DNA from: Tubulanus polymorphus
Taxonomy: Eukaryota; Animalia; Nemertea
Direction of reading: 5' to 3'
Length of the DNA: 64,000 nt
Assembly (NCBI RefSeq): GCF_964204645.1
Contig: NC_134025.1
Location: forward strand, 15,066,001-15,130,000
In this document: in pieces, positions 13,499 to 26,396 of the stretch
How the letters are laid out: each line of letters starts with the position of its first letter
Numbering within the stretch: the stretch's first letter is position 1
The notes under the pieces: model-generated
What the model was told of the DNA's origin: nothing
The model's database searches: none
What the model saw: the letters and a program-made list of their open reading frames with translations, nothing else
Program-made: the position numbers and the translations under genes

Positions 13499-14051
13499 TT
13501 ATTTTAGTTAATTTTTGTTCTGATTCACTTTTATCTTTGTATTCTATAGGTTTGATATTAGAAAATGTTATTACGCCAGTAGTAATCAATGTCATTATTC
13601 CTTCTAATTGAAATGAAACGTATCCAACCCATTTCTGTAATTATGTCATTACTAAGTAGTCATTTTTTAAATCACTATATAATTTATTTTCATCATCAAT
13701 TGGTATTACTCGGTTACATAATTTAGAGTAACATTTTACTATTCCATCACTTATAGAGTCATTTATTCTAGCTAATCTAGCTTCTTCGTATATTTTGAAA
13801 TGTTTTATTACTTTATCTGGTTTCATATTATCTAATTCTTGAAAAGTTATAATTTTGCCAATAAACTCATTACATTTGCTGCTAGCAATTAGTAACTCAA
13901 GATGGTGCTTACATGTTAAATAGTATTCAAAATCAATATTAGTATTATTTTGAGCACAATTAGAAACAACTGTATCTTTATTATCTGTAATACCTAAATC
14001 CTCAATTGTCTTTTCAATATCGGTGTTATTTTTACTCGATTTCTTTGACAT
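13491..14051 (-). pseudogene. Polinton hypothetical protein (homolog of 31605-32207)
   Basis: Shares KHHLELLIAS and RLARINDSIS. It has a premature stop. Confidence 0.75.
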
Positions 14052-14869
14052 TTATATTAGAGAAAAAGCGAAAAAATATTATAAGTATTCTTCAAATGAT
14101 ACTAGCTAGTTAAAGTTAAAGAATTCTAGTATTGACTACTGATACTAGCTATTTGAAGTTAAAGAATTTTTATTCAAATCTATTCAAAATATAAAGTATT
14201 CTCCTTTTGAAAAGAAATAATAGATTTTGAATAAAAATATAATAGAATTCACTATCTATTTGAAGATATGTAATTTTTATTCAGTTCTTATCAAAATCTA
14301 TTCAATCTAGCGTCAATTAGAATTGCAAAAGAAAATATTAAGAATATAATAGAATTCACTATATAGTTGAAGTTATTGTTTTTCAAAGACTTAGGATTCA
14401 ATATCTCACTACTATTGTCTATCTATTAGGAGCGGTAACTATAACTGTCCAGATAAGTCATTTCGGATCCTTGATATCAAATCCTCAAACTGAAAATCAA
14501 TTCAACGAAACACCGGGTGGAATTACTATTTCATAAACACATATATCTATTATGCAAATTGTAGCGATCGAAGATAGAACAATGGAGAACAATAGAAAAG
14601 CAGTCCTAGAAGACCGCTTTTCCCCAGTGCGCATGCGTCAATTATATAATTTATTCTGTAAACTACAACATTCAAACATAGAACTGTAAGCAATCAATAC
14701 AGAACAGCCGTCACCATCAACAACGACCGAACGTTTAATGCATAACAATACAATATTAAAGCAGATTTACACAATCAAGATTACATTTTTGATATCTATA
14801 TTACAAAGATCTTCAGCGTTATAATTTATAATTTCGTCCAGAATTCTTTAATTACTAAATCGATTTTAA

Positions 14870-15567
14870 TCATTTCTTCAATTTCTGGCAAATAGTTGAC
14901 AACTTCACTAAATGTTGGAATTTTTCATATTTTATCCATCTTCCTACTCTTCTCAATTTTCTTTCATAACCGGTGCTGATTTCTATATACTTTTTAACCC
15001 AAGCCCCCCAAGAAATCCCCTCAGTTTCTTTCTCGAACATTTCAAACCCTATATTCAAATAAATCCCGAAAATGATGTTGTCCCATAGGTGATTTGCTTT
15101 TCTTTTTAATATGGTCTTATAACTTATTTTTATTATATTAGTAATTTTATCAAATGAAATAACTTCACCACTTTGTATTTCTGGAAAGCTTAAATGTTCT
15201 GTTTCAATAATTAATTTAGATTTTAAAAACGTATTCAACTCTTCTCCACTCATTTTCTTAGTTTTCAATTTCTCAGAGTCCCGACAGCAATTCAGATTCC
15301 TTGAGTCCCAACAGCAATTCCAGGTTTGTTGTTGGTAATTGTGATAATTGTGGTTCGCGTGGTAATTGTTTATTACGAATTACATCACCCAGCATTTTCG
15401 CCATTTCTTTATGATAATCCAAATATTTTTGTAATTTTTTTAAAGTTTGTTTTTCAATAACTTGAGTTCCTTCCTCCATTTCTGTTGAATCCTGGGTTTC
15501 ACTATCCATCCTTTCTGATTCCCCTGCTGATGGTTGACTTGGAATTTCTGGTCGATCTCTATTCCAT
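14870..15567 (-). pseudogene. Polinton accessory gene with a DUF3102-like helical segment
   Basis: ORFs 15273-15509 and 14870-15268 appear to be one broken gene with ATG at 15567. FGIYLNIGFEMF..WGAWVKKYIEISTGYERKLRRV resembles the DUF3102 pattern (judged by eye). Confidence 0.4.
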
Positions 15568-16010
15568 TTTAATCTAAAAGATGTCGTGAAAATGAATTAC
15601 TGTACTTAAATATGTTTAAAGTACCCCCTTTCCCTACTTCATAATAACTACAAAAACGGTACTTACATTTAGATTTAGAACGGTAAACTGTGTTTTGAGA
15701 GAGAATATCCAATACGTCCTATGTATGTGAATGTTGATTTCTAACTGCCAACGCGGCGCAGGTTCGACCAAACTGATTATTTCTGTACGTTCGCCTGGAT
15801 GGTAACAGGTGTTTTTTTATGATGAAATTAATTAATTCCTTAAAATTGAAAACAATCAAGCGACAGATGTTTTTGTAATCAACTGTATACATACAGGGCT
15901 CAAATAGAGTTGTCGGTTTTCTAACCACTGATTAAAACCTCAGAATGCGGTTGATTCTGCGAGCTACTATTCCATAATTCAACAGATGTCTTTGCTTCAT
16001 CTAATTGCTC

Positions 16011-16506
16011 CTAATATAACTGTAAATCTAGTCTGTTAGATTTAATTATATTTTCCTTCTTTTCAAGAGGCCTTAAATTTCTCCAATTCCAGATTAGCTT
16101 CATTTCATCATTGAACTGATATACAATCCATGATTTTAAGAATTCATCTGTACAACCCAATAAATTAGATAGTGTTGCTGAATGCGTTTGTTTGTTGAAT
16201 AATTGTGTTAATCTAGACCGTAAACATTGTTTCATTTTGAAATTAAGATCTGTTTTATATCTTTCTCTCATATATTCTGTCATATAATCATTATAATGTT
16301 CTCTATTATCTGCCCGATATTGCTTAGTATATAGTTTAATACAAGTTTTGCAGCAATATTGAAAACCACCTTTGCTAATGTTACGCTTACTAAATTCTGT
16401 TATAGTTAATTTATCTAATTCACATTTAGAACATTTCTTGTAGTATATATTTATAACGCCAGTGTTATTTTGTAATATTGATAGTTTGTGATTGTTCTGG
16501 CTCCAT
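16011..16506 (-). pseudogene. Zn-finger/HNH-like endonuclease with internal deletion (copy A)
   Basis: Homolog of 30624-31298 that lacks the HIDHVLP segment. Confidence 0.8.
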
Positions 16507-16582
16507 TTTAATATCAAATTTTTTATTAAAATTGATTTCATATGTTATTCATTTATATATAAATATATATGAACATTTTAAG

Positions 16583-16734
16583 AGTAAATAGGAATAAGTT
16601 GTTCTAGATTAAAGGTTGAGGGGTCGAATTCATAAGAAATGAAAAATAAATTCGAGTGTGCGAGAATTTATTTTTCATTTTTTATAAATTCGACCTCTCG
16701 ACCTTTGATCTAGAACAACTTATTCCTATTTACT
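16583..16734. repeat. Terminal fold-back hairpin of Polinton A
   Basis: Arms of about 71 bp (AGTAAATAGGAATAAG...ATAAATTC and GAATTTAT...CTTATTCCTATTTACT) surround the loop GAGTGTGCGA. Confidence 0.92.
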
Positions 16735-17586
16735 GGCATTGTAATTGAGCATTACAGGGGCACTGAATCTGATTCCATGTATAAAATTGATCGTTCTGAA
16801 TACTTTGAAGTGTGGTACTTGAAGTCAGGCGAATTTACGCATTGCCCACGTGGTAAATGGCTTGACAACCCGGAAATTTTAATATTCAACACCCCCCTCG
16901 GTAGGCAAATAAAGTAATGTAATTGATTGGGCCAATGCTAAAATGGGCCAGGTGTACAAAAGCAATGATAACAGACACCTACCTCTGTTACCTTTACTTA
17001 GTGGAGTTAGTGTGTTTGATCGATTAGATGACATTGAACGAGTTCTTTTTAAAATTTGCGGTGCTTTCATGATGGTTGAACGACTCGGGGAAGCGGTAAA
17101 CAAACTTTAGCTTGAAAATGCAATCGAATAACATTCAAAATCAATCTATTTCCATTTAATACCCAACAGAAAAATTCGACAACAATGTATGTCTTAATAG
17201 AAATACCTAAATTCAGTCATATATATATATAGAGAGAAAAATCCTGTTTTAATATGGGTACTTTTTTCCAAGGAATCAGCTAAGTCAAGTCCATCCATGA
17301 AATAAATAAAATGTTGTTAGAGGAAAAATGTTGACTACCGCATTAGCGGCAAGTGCGGTAGGCTAAATCCGCCACTGATTAACAATAGTTTTCATATCTT
17401 TGGTTATTCAAAGTTTTCACGATTAAATGTATTCGAATTCAGTAATGTATATCAATTTGTGACTCTACGATGGGGAGTCGGCGTACTATTCCGCACCGCG
17501 GCGCTGCTACGCAACTCGGTTATTCACCGACCGCTACGTTTTCGGCATCGCTGCGTCGAATGTTTGAACTTATTTTACGTTAAATC

Positions 17587-17672
17587 ATGGATTTAACCAT
17601 CGAAAAACTTAAAGAGGAGCTCAGAGCTAGAGGGGCTAAGGTGTCTGGACCGAAGAAGGAGTTAGTTGAAAG
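17587..17672 (+). other. Isolated exon encoding a SAP DNA-binding domain
   Basis: MDLTIEKLKEELRARGAKVSGPKKELVER fits the SAP consensus and ends at an AG|GTATTT donor. Confidence 0.65.
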
Positions 17673-18745
17673 GTATTTATCGACTTTTTAAGCGATTATC
17701 GTTGACAAAATGGTTATATTTTGCGCGGTTTTTCAATTTTGAATTTTTGCGTACGCGAGGCCGACCCCCGATCCGGCTTTGCCCGCCAATCTAACTTATC
17801 CATATTCAGACAGCAAATTCACGTTTATTACTCTTGAGAGTGAGTTTCGAATGGTTGGCCTATGAAATTGAGGTATCAAATTCGTCACCCGCCCGCATGG
17901 ATCGTCAGGTCCCGCATGAACATTTTCATTATTTCATTATTTTTCATTTTTTATGTTCTAATTTGTTTGTTATTATGATCCAGAAAATGAACATAATGCT
18001 GAAAACATACATAAATCATTGACAAAATGTTTTTCAAATCAATATCTAAGATGTAGATTGCCATTAGAAGTTTAGATGGCAATGTTTGTGTGTTGATATT
18101 TAGGGATAATTTTCGGAATGTGACTGTCTTGTCAGTAAAGTTATTTTGACAGCTGAGCTACTACTATCGCCATCTATCGAACATAAATTTAAGCTTTATT
18201 CAGCTTATAGAGCTATTATCATTGGACTTCAAGCTTTTTGGTTTTGCATATTTTGTGACTCAAAATAATGAATAATGAAAAAAAAACCTCATAAACTTTT
18301 GATATTTGAGGTGACGGTAAACTGATTCCCTAATTCCGTAGGCCTAATTGTCAATCTGTGTTTGAAAACAGCCCTTATTCGTTATTGACAAAAGGTCCCG
18401 TTGAAAAAAAAAGAAATCTAACACCGTTAGGCCTAGGCCTAAGCATAACCCTCTCAGTCTTGTCCAGGTTAGCCTATGGGCCTACGTAGCGGCATTTTAA
18501 AATGCATGATTTCCATAGGCAATCAGGCAGGAGGCAATCAAAACCCTGGCAAGCCAGTATATTTGAAATAGTGAAATTCGTTTTTTTACACGCAGTCCGC
18601 TCCAAAAGATAGGCTACTTCTTTCTAATTTCCGGCCAGTAAAATAAAAACCTGCCAACCGGGTCGCTGAAAATTAGTTACGTTCTTGGTTTATAAAAAAG
18701 AACGACACCCACCCGAACGGTTCTTAAGAACAGTTCTTAAGAACC

Positions 18746-21437
18746 TAATTTGACAAAACGCTGTATGTTCGACACCCCATATTTTTCTTAATTCAACGTT
18801 TTAGTTTTTTCCACAGCCATCCTACAATATATGTCAGAGATGTTCACAAATGGTTAAAAATGTGTATATAATCATGTATTACCATGTGATAATGGTATCC
18901 TATGAAAATAATTTTGTTTTTCTAGAAAAAAATACATACTTCAGTTTGTCAAATTGTTTAAGTCGACGCGTTAGATGTCGTCCTGTAGTATGTTTAAGTA
19001 ACTGCATTTTGTCATAAAAAATTTATGAGATGCCGCTTTCTGTAAAAGCAGCTATATAAAAATATACTAACAATATGCTTTAAGTTGAAATGAAATGATT
19101 TAATTTTAATTTTGAATAATTTCATTTGAACAATTCATCAATTAAAAAAAAGTATATAATTCTAATAATTTATGCAGTTATTATTTCGCCAATTGAAACC
19201 GTTTGAATTTTCACTGAAAAATGATTTCTAACAGTTTAGGCGGTAATTTCTCAAAACACGGTACATTTCAACAACCTTTTTATGTAATAGTCTGCATCAA
19301 TTAAGTCGGCCGAATTTTCACTGACAAATAATGATTGCCAAAAACTCCTGCGATTTTCAGGCATGATTGGGCAGAGCTTGTCAATAATATCTTGCTTCTT
19401 ACTTGAAGGGATACCTCTCGGCTATCTTCACATTTGCCAACAACGGCTCATTTGTATATTTGCCGCTGGATGTCTCATTTTCATACAAAATGAAATCAGC
19501 CGGTGACATGATTATACTTTTCCCACAATTGTCAATAATTTTGATAAAGTCGTCAAAGTCGTAAACGTTTTTCGGGATCTCATCCCAGTTTCGACTTTCG
19601 AATGAAAAATATCCGCACTCATGAAAGTATGGCCTTTTTCTAAGTATTTAATAGTTACTGATTCAACATTTGGGTTTACATTTGCCTCCCAACAGAGAGC
19701 CGTGTAGAGGGTCCAGTTTTCGTTTTGACCCCCACAGTTATCGCAGTAAAACTGGAAATGCTTTATATCTCTATGATCTCTAATGATCTCTAATTTTATA
19801 AAGGTGCTAGAGATATCTTCGTCATTACGAACACTCAAGCCCTCATGCCAATGGGCTTAATCTTTGCTTAATTTCTCCCTAGAGGTGCACAGGTTTCATT
19901 AAAAACTACTAATCGCCGAGTAAATATTGCAGTTTTTACCCCTGGTAGTCTGGGTAACATGATTACTTTTTCAAGATCTACTGAACATACTAGAGTGCCC
20001 CCATTGAAGGGTACATCCGCATCATTTCTATACATTTCACGGGCCAGGCATGGTGACAATGTAAAAATTCAAGAAATTTCACAAAATGGAGGATTTTCTC
20101 TCTCATTCAACTGGACTTAAGGAGTCTTTTTGCCAATCCATCTGATTGGTACAGAACTGGAAATATATCGGATATTCAGTTGTTGTCCGCGACTTTTGGC
20201 ATTCTGTTAAAACATAAATGAGGTATGTATCCCAAAAAGTAAGCATAATATCCCAGAAAAACAGGTCTCATCCATTAATAAATAGACATTAGTCGTTTTG
20301 TTGGGTATATTTTAACATGGTTGAAAACCCATGCTCTCCTCCTATCATCTTCCTCCATATCCCAAAACAATTCATGGATAACAGCTCTTCTTGCTTCAGT
20401 AAACTTTTCGTTACACTTTTCACGGGTGCATTTGCACGTTTTCAAAAGTGGGAGTTCCGCCTTTAATTTAAGATTTTGATCTCTTTTGCTGAGGCGTTTT
20501 CGCTTTTTGGTACCAACAGTTTTGGCTGGTGGAGATTCATTGTCAGGTTCACCAGTAGCAGCTGCTGGGGGTTGAACTTCATTAGACTCACCGGCAACAG
20601 CGACACGTTGCACTTGCAAATCTCCAGCAGGCTCATTATTATCAACTCGGTTTTCTGGCTCGGAAATAGAAACTTTGATTTCGGGCTCACCAGCTTGGTT
20701 AGAATTGCCTATCTGTTCAGTAGGCCTTTTGGTATTTTCTGTCCATGGTTTTTTCTGTAACTCCGTGTACGTATTATTTCCTGGTGGCGAATAATTGACA
20801 ATTGTTGTTGGTTCTAAGGCGCTGGTTTTGGGGCATCTATCACGCCTTCCTCTCTTAAAGCAATGAAAATCATTGAGAATGACAGCTGAGCCATCTTCCA
20901 AGTCCTGTAAAATAAGAGTGAAACCTATATAAAAAGCCCTACATAAATAGGCCGATTTAGTACACTTCAGTGTCAAATTATCAGTGTAAAACGGCTGTCA
21001 TTTTATTTTGGTTTTTGAAACACATCTTACCTTGAAATGTATTGCTCTTGTAAATGAAAACCTAAAAAATCTTGCCTGTTCTAAAATGCTAGACCTCAAA
21101 CCAAAAAATCCTTCAATTGCAACAATTAAAGCTGTTTGATTTTATAAAAAAACACTACTTTACTTTTACAAAATGAAGTATGTTGTCAGAAAAAATTGAC
21201 AAAACGCAGTAAGTCACAAGCATACTTCATTTTGTCAAATTTTGGATACATACTTCAGTTTGTCAACTTTAATACCAATTGCTTAGGTAACATACTGCGC
21301 TTTGTCAATTTGTATCTCAAAAACTATAGGAGATATTGATTTTAGGTTTCCGCCATTGAAAAGAGCGGGTTAAGTTTACCCAGAATCCATAAAAAAGTCA
21401 TTTTTTCAGTCTGAATTCGTTTGACAAAATACAGTTA
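18746..21437 (-). mobile_element. Sola1-like DNA transposon, degenerate
   Basis: Transposase motifs VDLEKVIMLP, CDNCGGQNEN and YLEKGHTFMSAD (19512-20059). Subterminal CATACTTCAGTTTGTCAA-type repeats occur at both ends. Boundaries are approximate. Confidence 0.7.
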
Positions 21438-22589
21438 ATATATATGGTGTTGTGAGTGAATCTGGACACGGGTACTCAAGACCTGTCTGCCTTGGTCCTT
21501 CGTGTCAATCAACCAAGATAGTCAAGGCATGTCAATGTAACAAACTATCGGTTATAACGAACATATTTTCTGGTACCGTGTCGTGAAGTTTGCTTTAACG
21601 AGGTTCCACTGCATCATTTTTTATGCCTTTGTGTGCGACTTCAGTTTTTAACCCCCTCCAACACGTTCCCAAATGTTTTGATACTTTCTCAGTTTGTATC
21701 AAAAATATTGCCAATTTTTGGTCCTTAAGTCCTGAAAAATGATAAATTTACAGCGTAAAATCGTACAAACGTGTCACTTATACTTCTAAACACTTTATTT
21801 GCGGACCAGTTTATGAATTGAGCGTGGGCCATAGAGCGCTATAACCGCCTTATAACGACTTTCAATTATAATTACGTAAGCTATTCGTGAACAAAATGCG
21901 ACCGGCGCACAATAGAAACTTCGCTCTATGTATTCTTTCATTACCGCCGACAAAGAGGGCCGATATTTTGCAAATTGGATTCGGGAGGTTTAAACCTCCA
22001 AAGGTCAAATCACTAAAATTGTGACCTTCGTGGAGATTATCTAAAAAGCCGATCGTAATCAATTTTAGCAGAACTTTTTACCTAAACGTCCAATGGTTTG
22101 AAAATGGCGTTCCTAAGTATTTGATGAAAGTTGAGAAATCATAAGATATTCACATAACCATGGACTCCTACATCGTTTTCGTGTCCCCGATAGAAAAAAA
22201 ACCTTTGCATAACGAAGAAGTAAATATTCGAATCCGATTCATCTGTTTTGAATTGATTCTCATAAAATGGAAGCAAATTTCATTGATTCGTTCATTAATT
22301 GTACATTGTACAATCTGTTTCATTTGTTGACCGTAAATCGTTGACATTATATCAATTTCATTCAAATAACTTTGCGGCTTTATAACGGCTATTTTTACTG
22401 GTTCCGCGTGACGAGATAATTCTGATAAAAGTTATTATATTAATTTCTATATGTATGTACGTAATGATACTCTTTTCTGAATAAAAGATGCACGTTATTC
22501 GAATCCCCAACATTGTTCTCTATGTACGTTCTTCAAACTTGTTGAGATAAAACCAGAGTTGCGCATGTTCACATCCACTGGCATGTTAT

Positions 22590-23415
22590 AGTAGTAATAG
22601 GGATAATAGGGGTTCAGGCCAAAGGTCGAGAGGTCGAGAAATTTTCCAAATATGAAAATAACAATAATTTCTAGTTGAATTAGTCGCGCACACTCCTAAT
22701 TGAACTAGAAATTATTATTATTTTCACATTTGTAAAATTTCTCAACCTCTCAACCTTTAACCTGAACCCCTATTATCTCTATTACTCTTAAAATATTCAT
22801 ATACACGAATAAAATATAAATGAATAACATATATAAGTAATAGGAAAAGTAGGGTTTCAGATCAGAGGACGGAGGACGAGCCATTATAGATAGATATATA
22901 GATATATTTTAAACATATTTCAATATTTATATTTGTATGAGTTAGATTTTTAAACATTAAAAGTGTCAGTAAAGTGTGATTGAAATAATTCATATATATA
23001 CATGAATAACATATAAATGAATAAAATATAAATGAATAAAATGTGTCAAATCAATTTTTAAAAAAATTTTATATTAAAATGGAAGCAAATAAGTACTACT
23101 GTTCAACATATAATATCAATATAGATAAATCTCAAAAATCAAGACACAATAAACCTAAAACACATTTAGAGAATAAATTGAAATTAGAATATGAAGATGA
23201 TATATTAGAAACTAAATTAGATGAATTAAAGAATGAAAAAGAAACATACACATGTGATACATGTAATCAATCACTTAGTGATAAAAGATATTATAATGAA
23301 CATTTAAAATCTAAAAGTCATATTAGAAATATGAATAATGATATTTTAGGTGAAGATTATTTTGATAATGACTGATAAGAAGCATAAGACAATTAAAAGA
23401 ATAAGAAATAAAATA
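22590..23415 (+). mobile_element. Polinton copy B: terminus plus 5' end of PolB
   Basis: Starts AGTAGTAATAGG, with a hairpin at 22593-22786. MEANKYYC... from 23079 is nearly identical to the PolB N-terminus at 52816. Confidence 0.88.
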
Positions 23416-23459
23416 TAGCTGCAAAGCAGCGATAACGGGTTTTCTGCACAGTCTTAGAA

Positions 23460-25030
23460 TCCTGTTCAACGGTGGATTTCAACAAAGCATTTGATAAGGC
23501 TCAACATCAGCCATTACTGAACAGGCTATTAGGAAACAGTATCAATGATAGGTCCCCCAAATGGCACAGCAGTTATCTCTGAACGGAAACTTGTAACCGA
23601 AATCAACGGAACTTTTCATCTTGGAATGAGACGGTCTAACTAGTGGAGTCACGCAAGGTAGTATCCTAAGGCTGTTCGAATATCACGGATACCGGACACC
23701 GGACACCTAAATACCGGATACTCGAGATTGCGGAGTATATAGCGCATCGGGTCTAATGATCAGCGGTAAACGGCAGTTCGTGTGAGATCTAGTAGAAGAA
23801 TAAAAGGCCTATATTATTTTCATAATACATCGGTTTATGCTTTTCAAGTACAGTAGCATACAAATGTTACCGGTTTAGACAATTCAATACCGATTTATTG
23901 CTTCCGAGTAATAACACGATTACATACGACAGACACGGTAACACACAGTGGACAGAAAATATTTTTTATCATTCTGCCAATTTGAACGGATTACCGAATA
24001 GACCGTTACCGTTTTGGGCAGAGCTACTGTACAATACAAAATATCTTTATCATTCAGTTTCACGAAGAAGGCCATTTTAATCAAGTTAAGCGTTATTGAC
24101 GATCTATATTTTCATGATCTTTAGAATCAAATTTAACATCAGGGTAAATAGTCACTTCGAACTATGGTAGGAACCGGTATTCGACGAACTGATTTTTGAA
24201 GGTTATACTCAAACAATTGGTGTCCAGTGGTGTTGATTTTCGACGACCGCCATGGACTCAATTTCATTTTTAGGGACATCGTGATTGAGAATGAAATGTA
24301 GACATATCGTCCAATAAATAGAATATACCGAATATTCTCCTCCATAAAATAAGAAAACGAATTTTTATTCTTTGTTTGTAAATACTTGTATTTCATTGGT
24401 GTTCAGCTCAACTATTCCATCGTAAATCAACAAAATGTACAGATCTTTAAAACAAACTTTATTAGAAGGAACTTTAGAACTGCCAGACTCGCTTATGGCC
24501 TTCCAACTTGAGATATAGGGCCTAGCAGCACTCAGTCCTATTAATGAAAGGATTTTACAGAAAAACCAAAAAGGGCCACCAATACATATCCATCACCGGT
24601 GAAGTAAGATAATAAAAAATGAATATAACGTTTAACTTCACCTAACTAAAGAAAAACAGTATTCAGAAAGAAATATGTATAATATTGAGATCGATGATGA
24701 CACTAAAAACGTGAAAGCAGGCTGTATATTAAGACAAATAAGTTGGGTAGCCGCTGTAACAATTTGACATAAATGAATTGTGTGTCGCGGCAGTACTACT
24801 TACAACAGCACGGAAACGAATCCTTAGACCCGACGCGCTATATACTCCGCAATCTCGAGTATCCGGTATCCGGTATTTAGGTGTCCGGTATCCGGTATCC
24901 GTGATATTCGAACAGCCGTATCCTAAGTCGTCTTCTGTTTAATGTCCTGACAAATGACATACACAGTAATCCAAAATATACCAGACTGAGTAAATTTCCA
25001 AAACAACCTTAACACACTGTTCGACCAAAA
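23460..25030 (+). pseudogene. LINE RT fragment split by a MULE insertion
   Basis: DFNKAFDK and SGVTQGSIL lie before 23670. LLFNVLTND resumes after 24926. Confidence 0.7.
23670..24917. mobile_element. Non-autonomous Mutator/MULE-type DNA transposon
   Basis: TIRs of about 90 bp (GGCTGTTCGAATATCACGGATACCGG...) and a perfect 9-bp TSD GTATCCTAA (23661-23669 and 24918-24926). Confidence 0.9.
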
Positions 25031-25042
25031 ACTTAATGTTCC

Positions 25043-25240
25043 GATAAAACCAAAATAATGAATTGTCGCGGGCGATAAAACCACAATAATGAATTGTCGC
25101 GGGCGTTAAAACCAAAATATTGAATTGTTGCGGGCGATAAAACCAAAATAATGAATTGTCGCGGACGACAAAAACAAACTATTGAATTGTTGCGTGCGAC
25201 AAAACCAAAATAATGAATTGTCGCGGGCGACAAAACCAAA
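25043..25240. repeat. 31-bp tandem repeat, short array
   Basis: About 6 copies of AAAACCAAAATAATGAATTGTCGCGGGCGA(T/C). Confidence 0.92.
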
Positions 25241-25299
25241 CTAGGGGTCCAGGGACACCATGCTCACTTGGGCAGTGGTTTCAAATGCTCAACAATCTA

Positions 25300-26060
25300 A
25301 CAATTTCAATACATAACGCCCTCTAGTGACCATATACAAAAACCAATGACCTTGAAACCCACCACAATTAAAGAACATGTGAGCAGCTATGATTTTGTAA
25401 TTGATTGTGATAACAAAATATGCCTCGTTACCAATTTAATATGGAAATACTAAGTTATTCTACTATTCAACGCCCCCTGGTGACCATATGCAAAACCCAA
25501 TGACCTTAAAACTCACCACAATCGTAGTACATGTCATGAAATACAACTTTGCAATTGATCATAGTAACAAAATATGCCTAGGTACCAATCTAATAAGGAA
25601 ATACTAAGCCATTCTACTATTCAGCGCCCCCTGGTGACTATATGGAATAACTAATGTCCTTAAAAACTCACCACAATCATAGACGATGTCATGAACTACA
25701 ACTTTGCAATGGATCATGGTAACAAACTATGCCTAGGTACCAATCTAATAAGGAAAAACTAAGCTTTTCTACTATTCAACGCCCCCTGGTGACTATATGG
25801 AATAACTAATGTCCTTAAAAACTCACCACAATCATAGACGATGTCATGAACTACAACTTTGCCATTGATCATGGTAACAAAATATGCCTTGGTACAAATA
25901 TAATATAGCGATACTAAGTTATTGTATTATTCAACGCCCCCTGATGGACACATACAAAAACCAATGACCTTGAAGCTCACCAAAATCATGGAACACGTTA
26001 TGGGCTACAACTTTCCAATTGAATATAGTAACACAATATGCTTAGGTATCAATTAATTGT
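25300..26060. repeat. About 155-bp tandem repeat, about 5 copies
   Basis: A CGCCC(C)CT(G/A)GTGAC-type core recurs at about 25317, 25471, 25625, 25780 and 25935. Confidence 0.88.
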
Positions 26061-26396
26061 GGAAAAACTTTTTCCCACCTACGAATGAGTACTGATGACA
26101 CCATGATGGCCGCCAATTGCGTCATAATTGGCTGATCAAAAATACCTGTTCCAGGTATAAAACATCCCTCTCTAAAGAATATCCATCAGCAATTGCAATG
26201 AGAAATGGCAAACCAGAAGGAATCTACAGGACCTAGAATTCAGGCCAAAATTGACATTTTTGGGCACTAAAAAGGTCATAGGACGGCCATCTTGAGTCAG
26301 ATCGACCCAATTTTCTTATGCTGATGGGCCTTTGGTAGATTCAAATATAAACGAAAGATCAAGGTAATTGATCAAAGTGTCTTCAAAATTTTCTTT

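Larger units (their letters stand above)
9890..16734 (-). mobile_element. Polinton/adintovirus-like element, copy A (partial, one terminus intact)
   Basis: Homologs of the copy C HNH, two hypothetical genes, integrase and ATPase lie in the same order on the minus strand. The element ends in a hairpin terminus ...CCTATTTACT at 16734. Confidence 0.9.
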
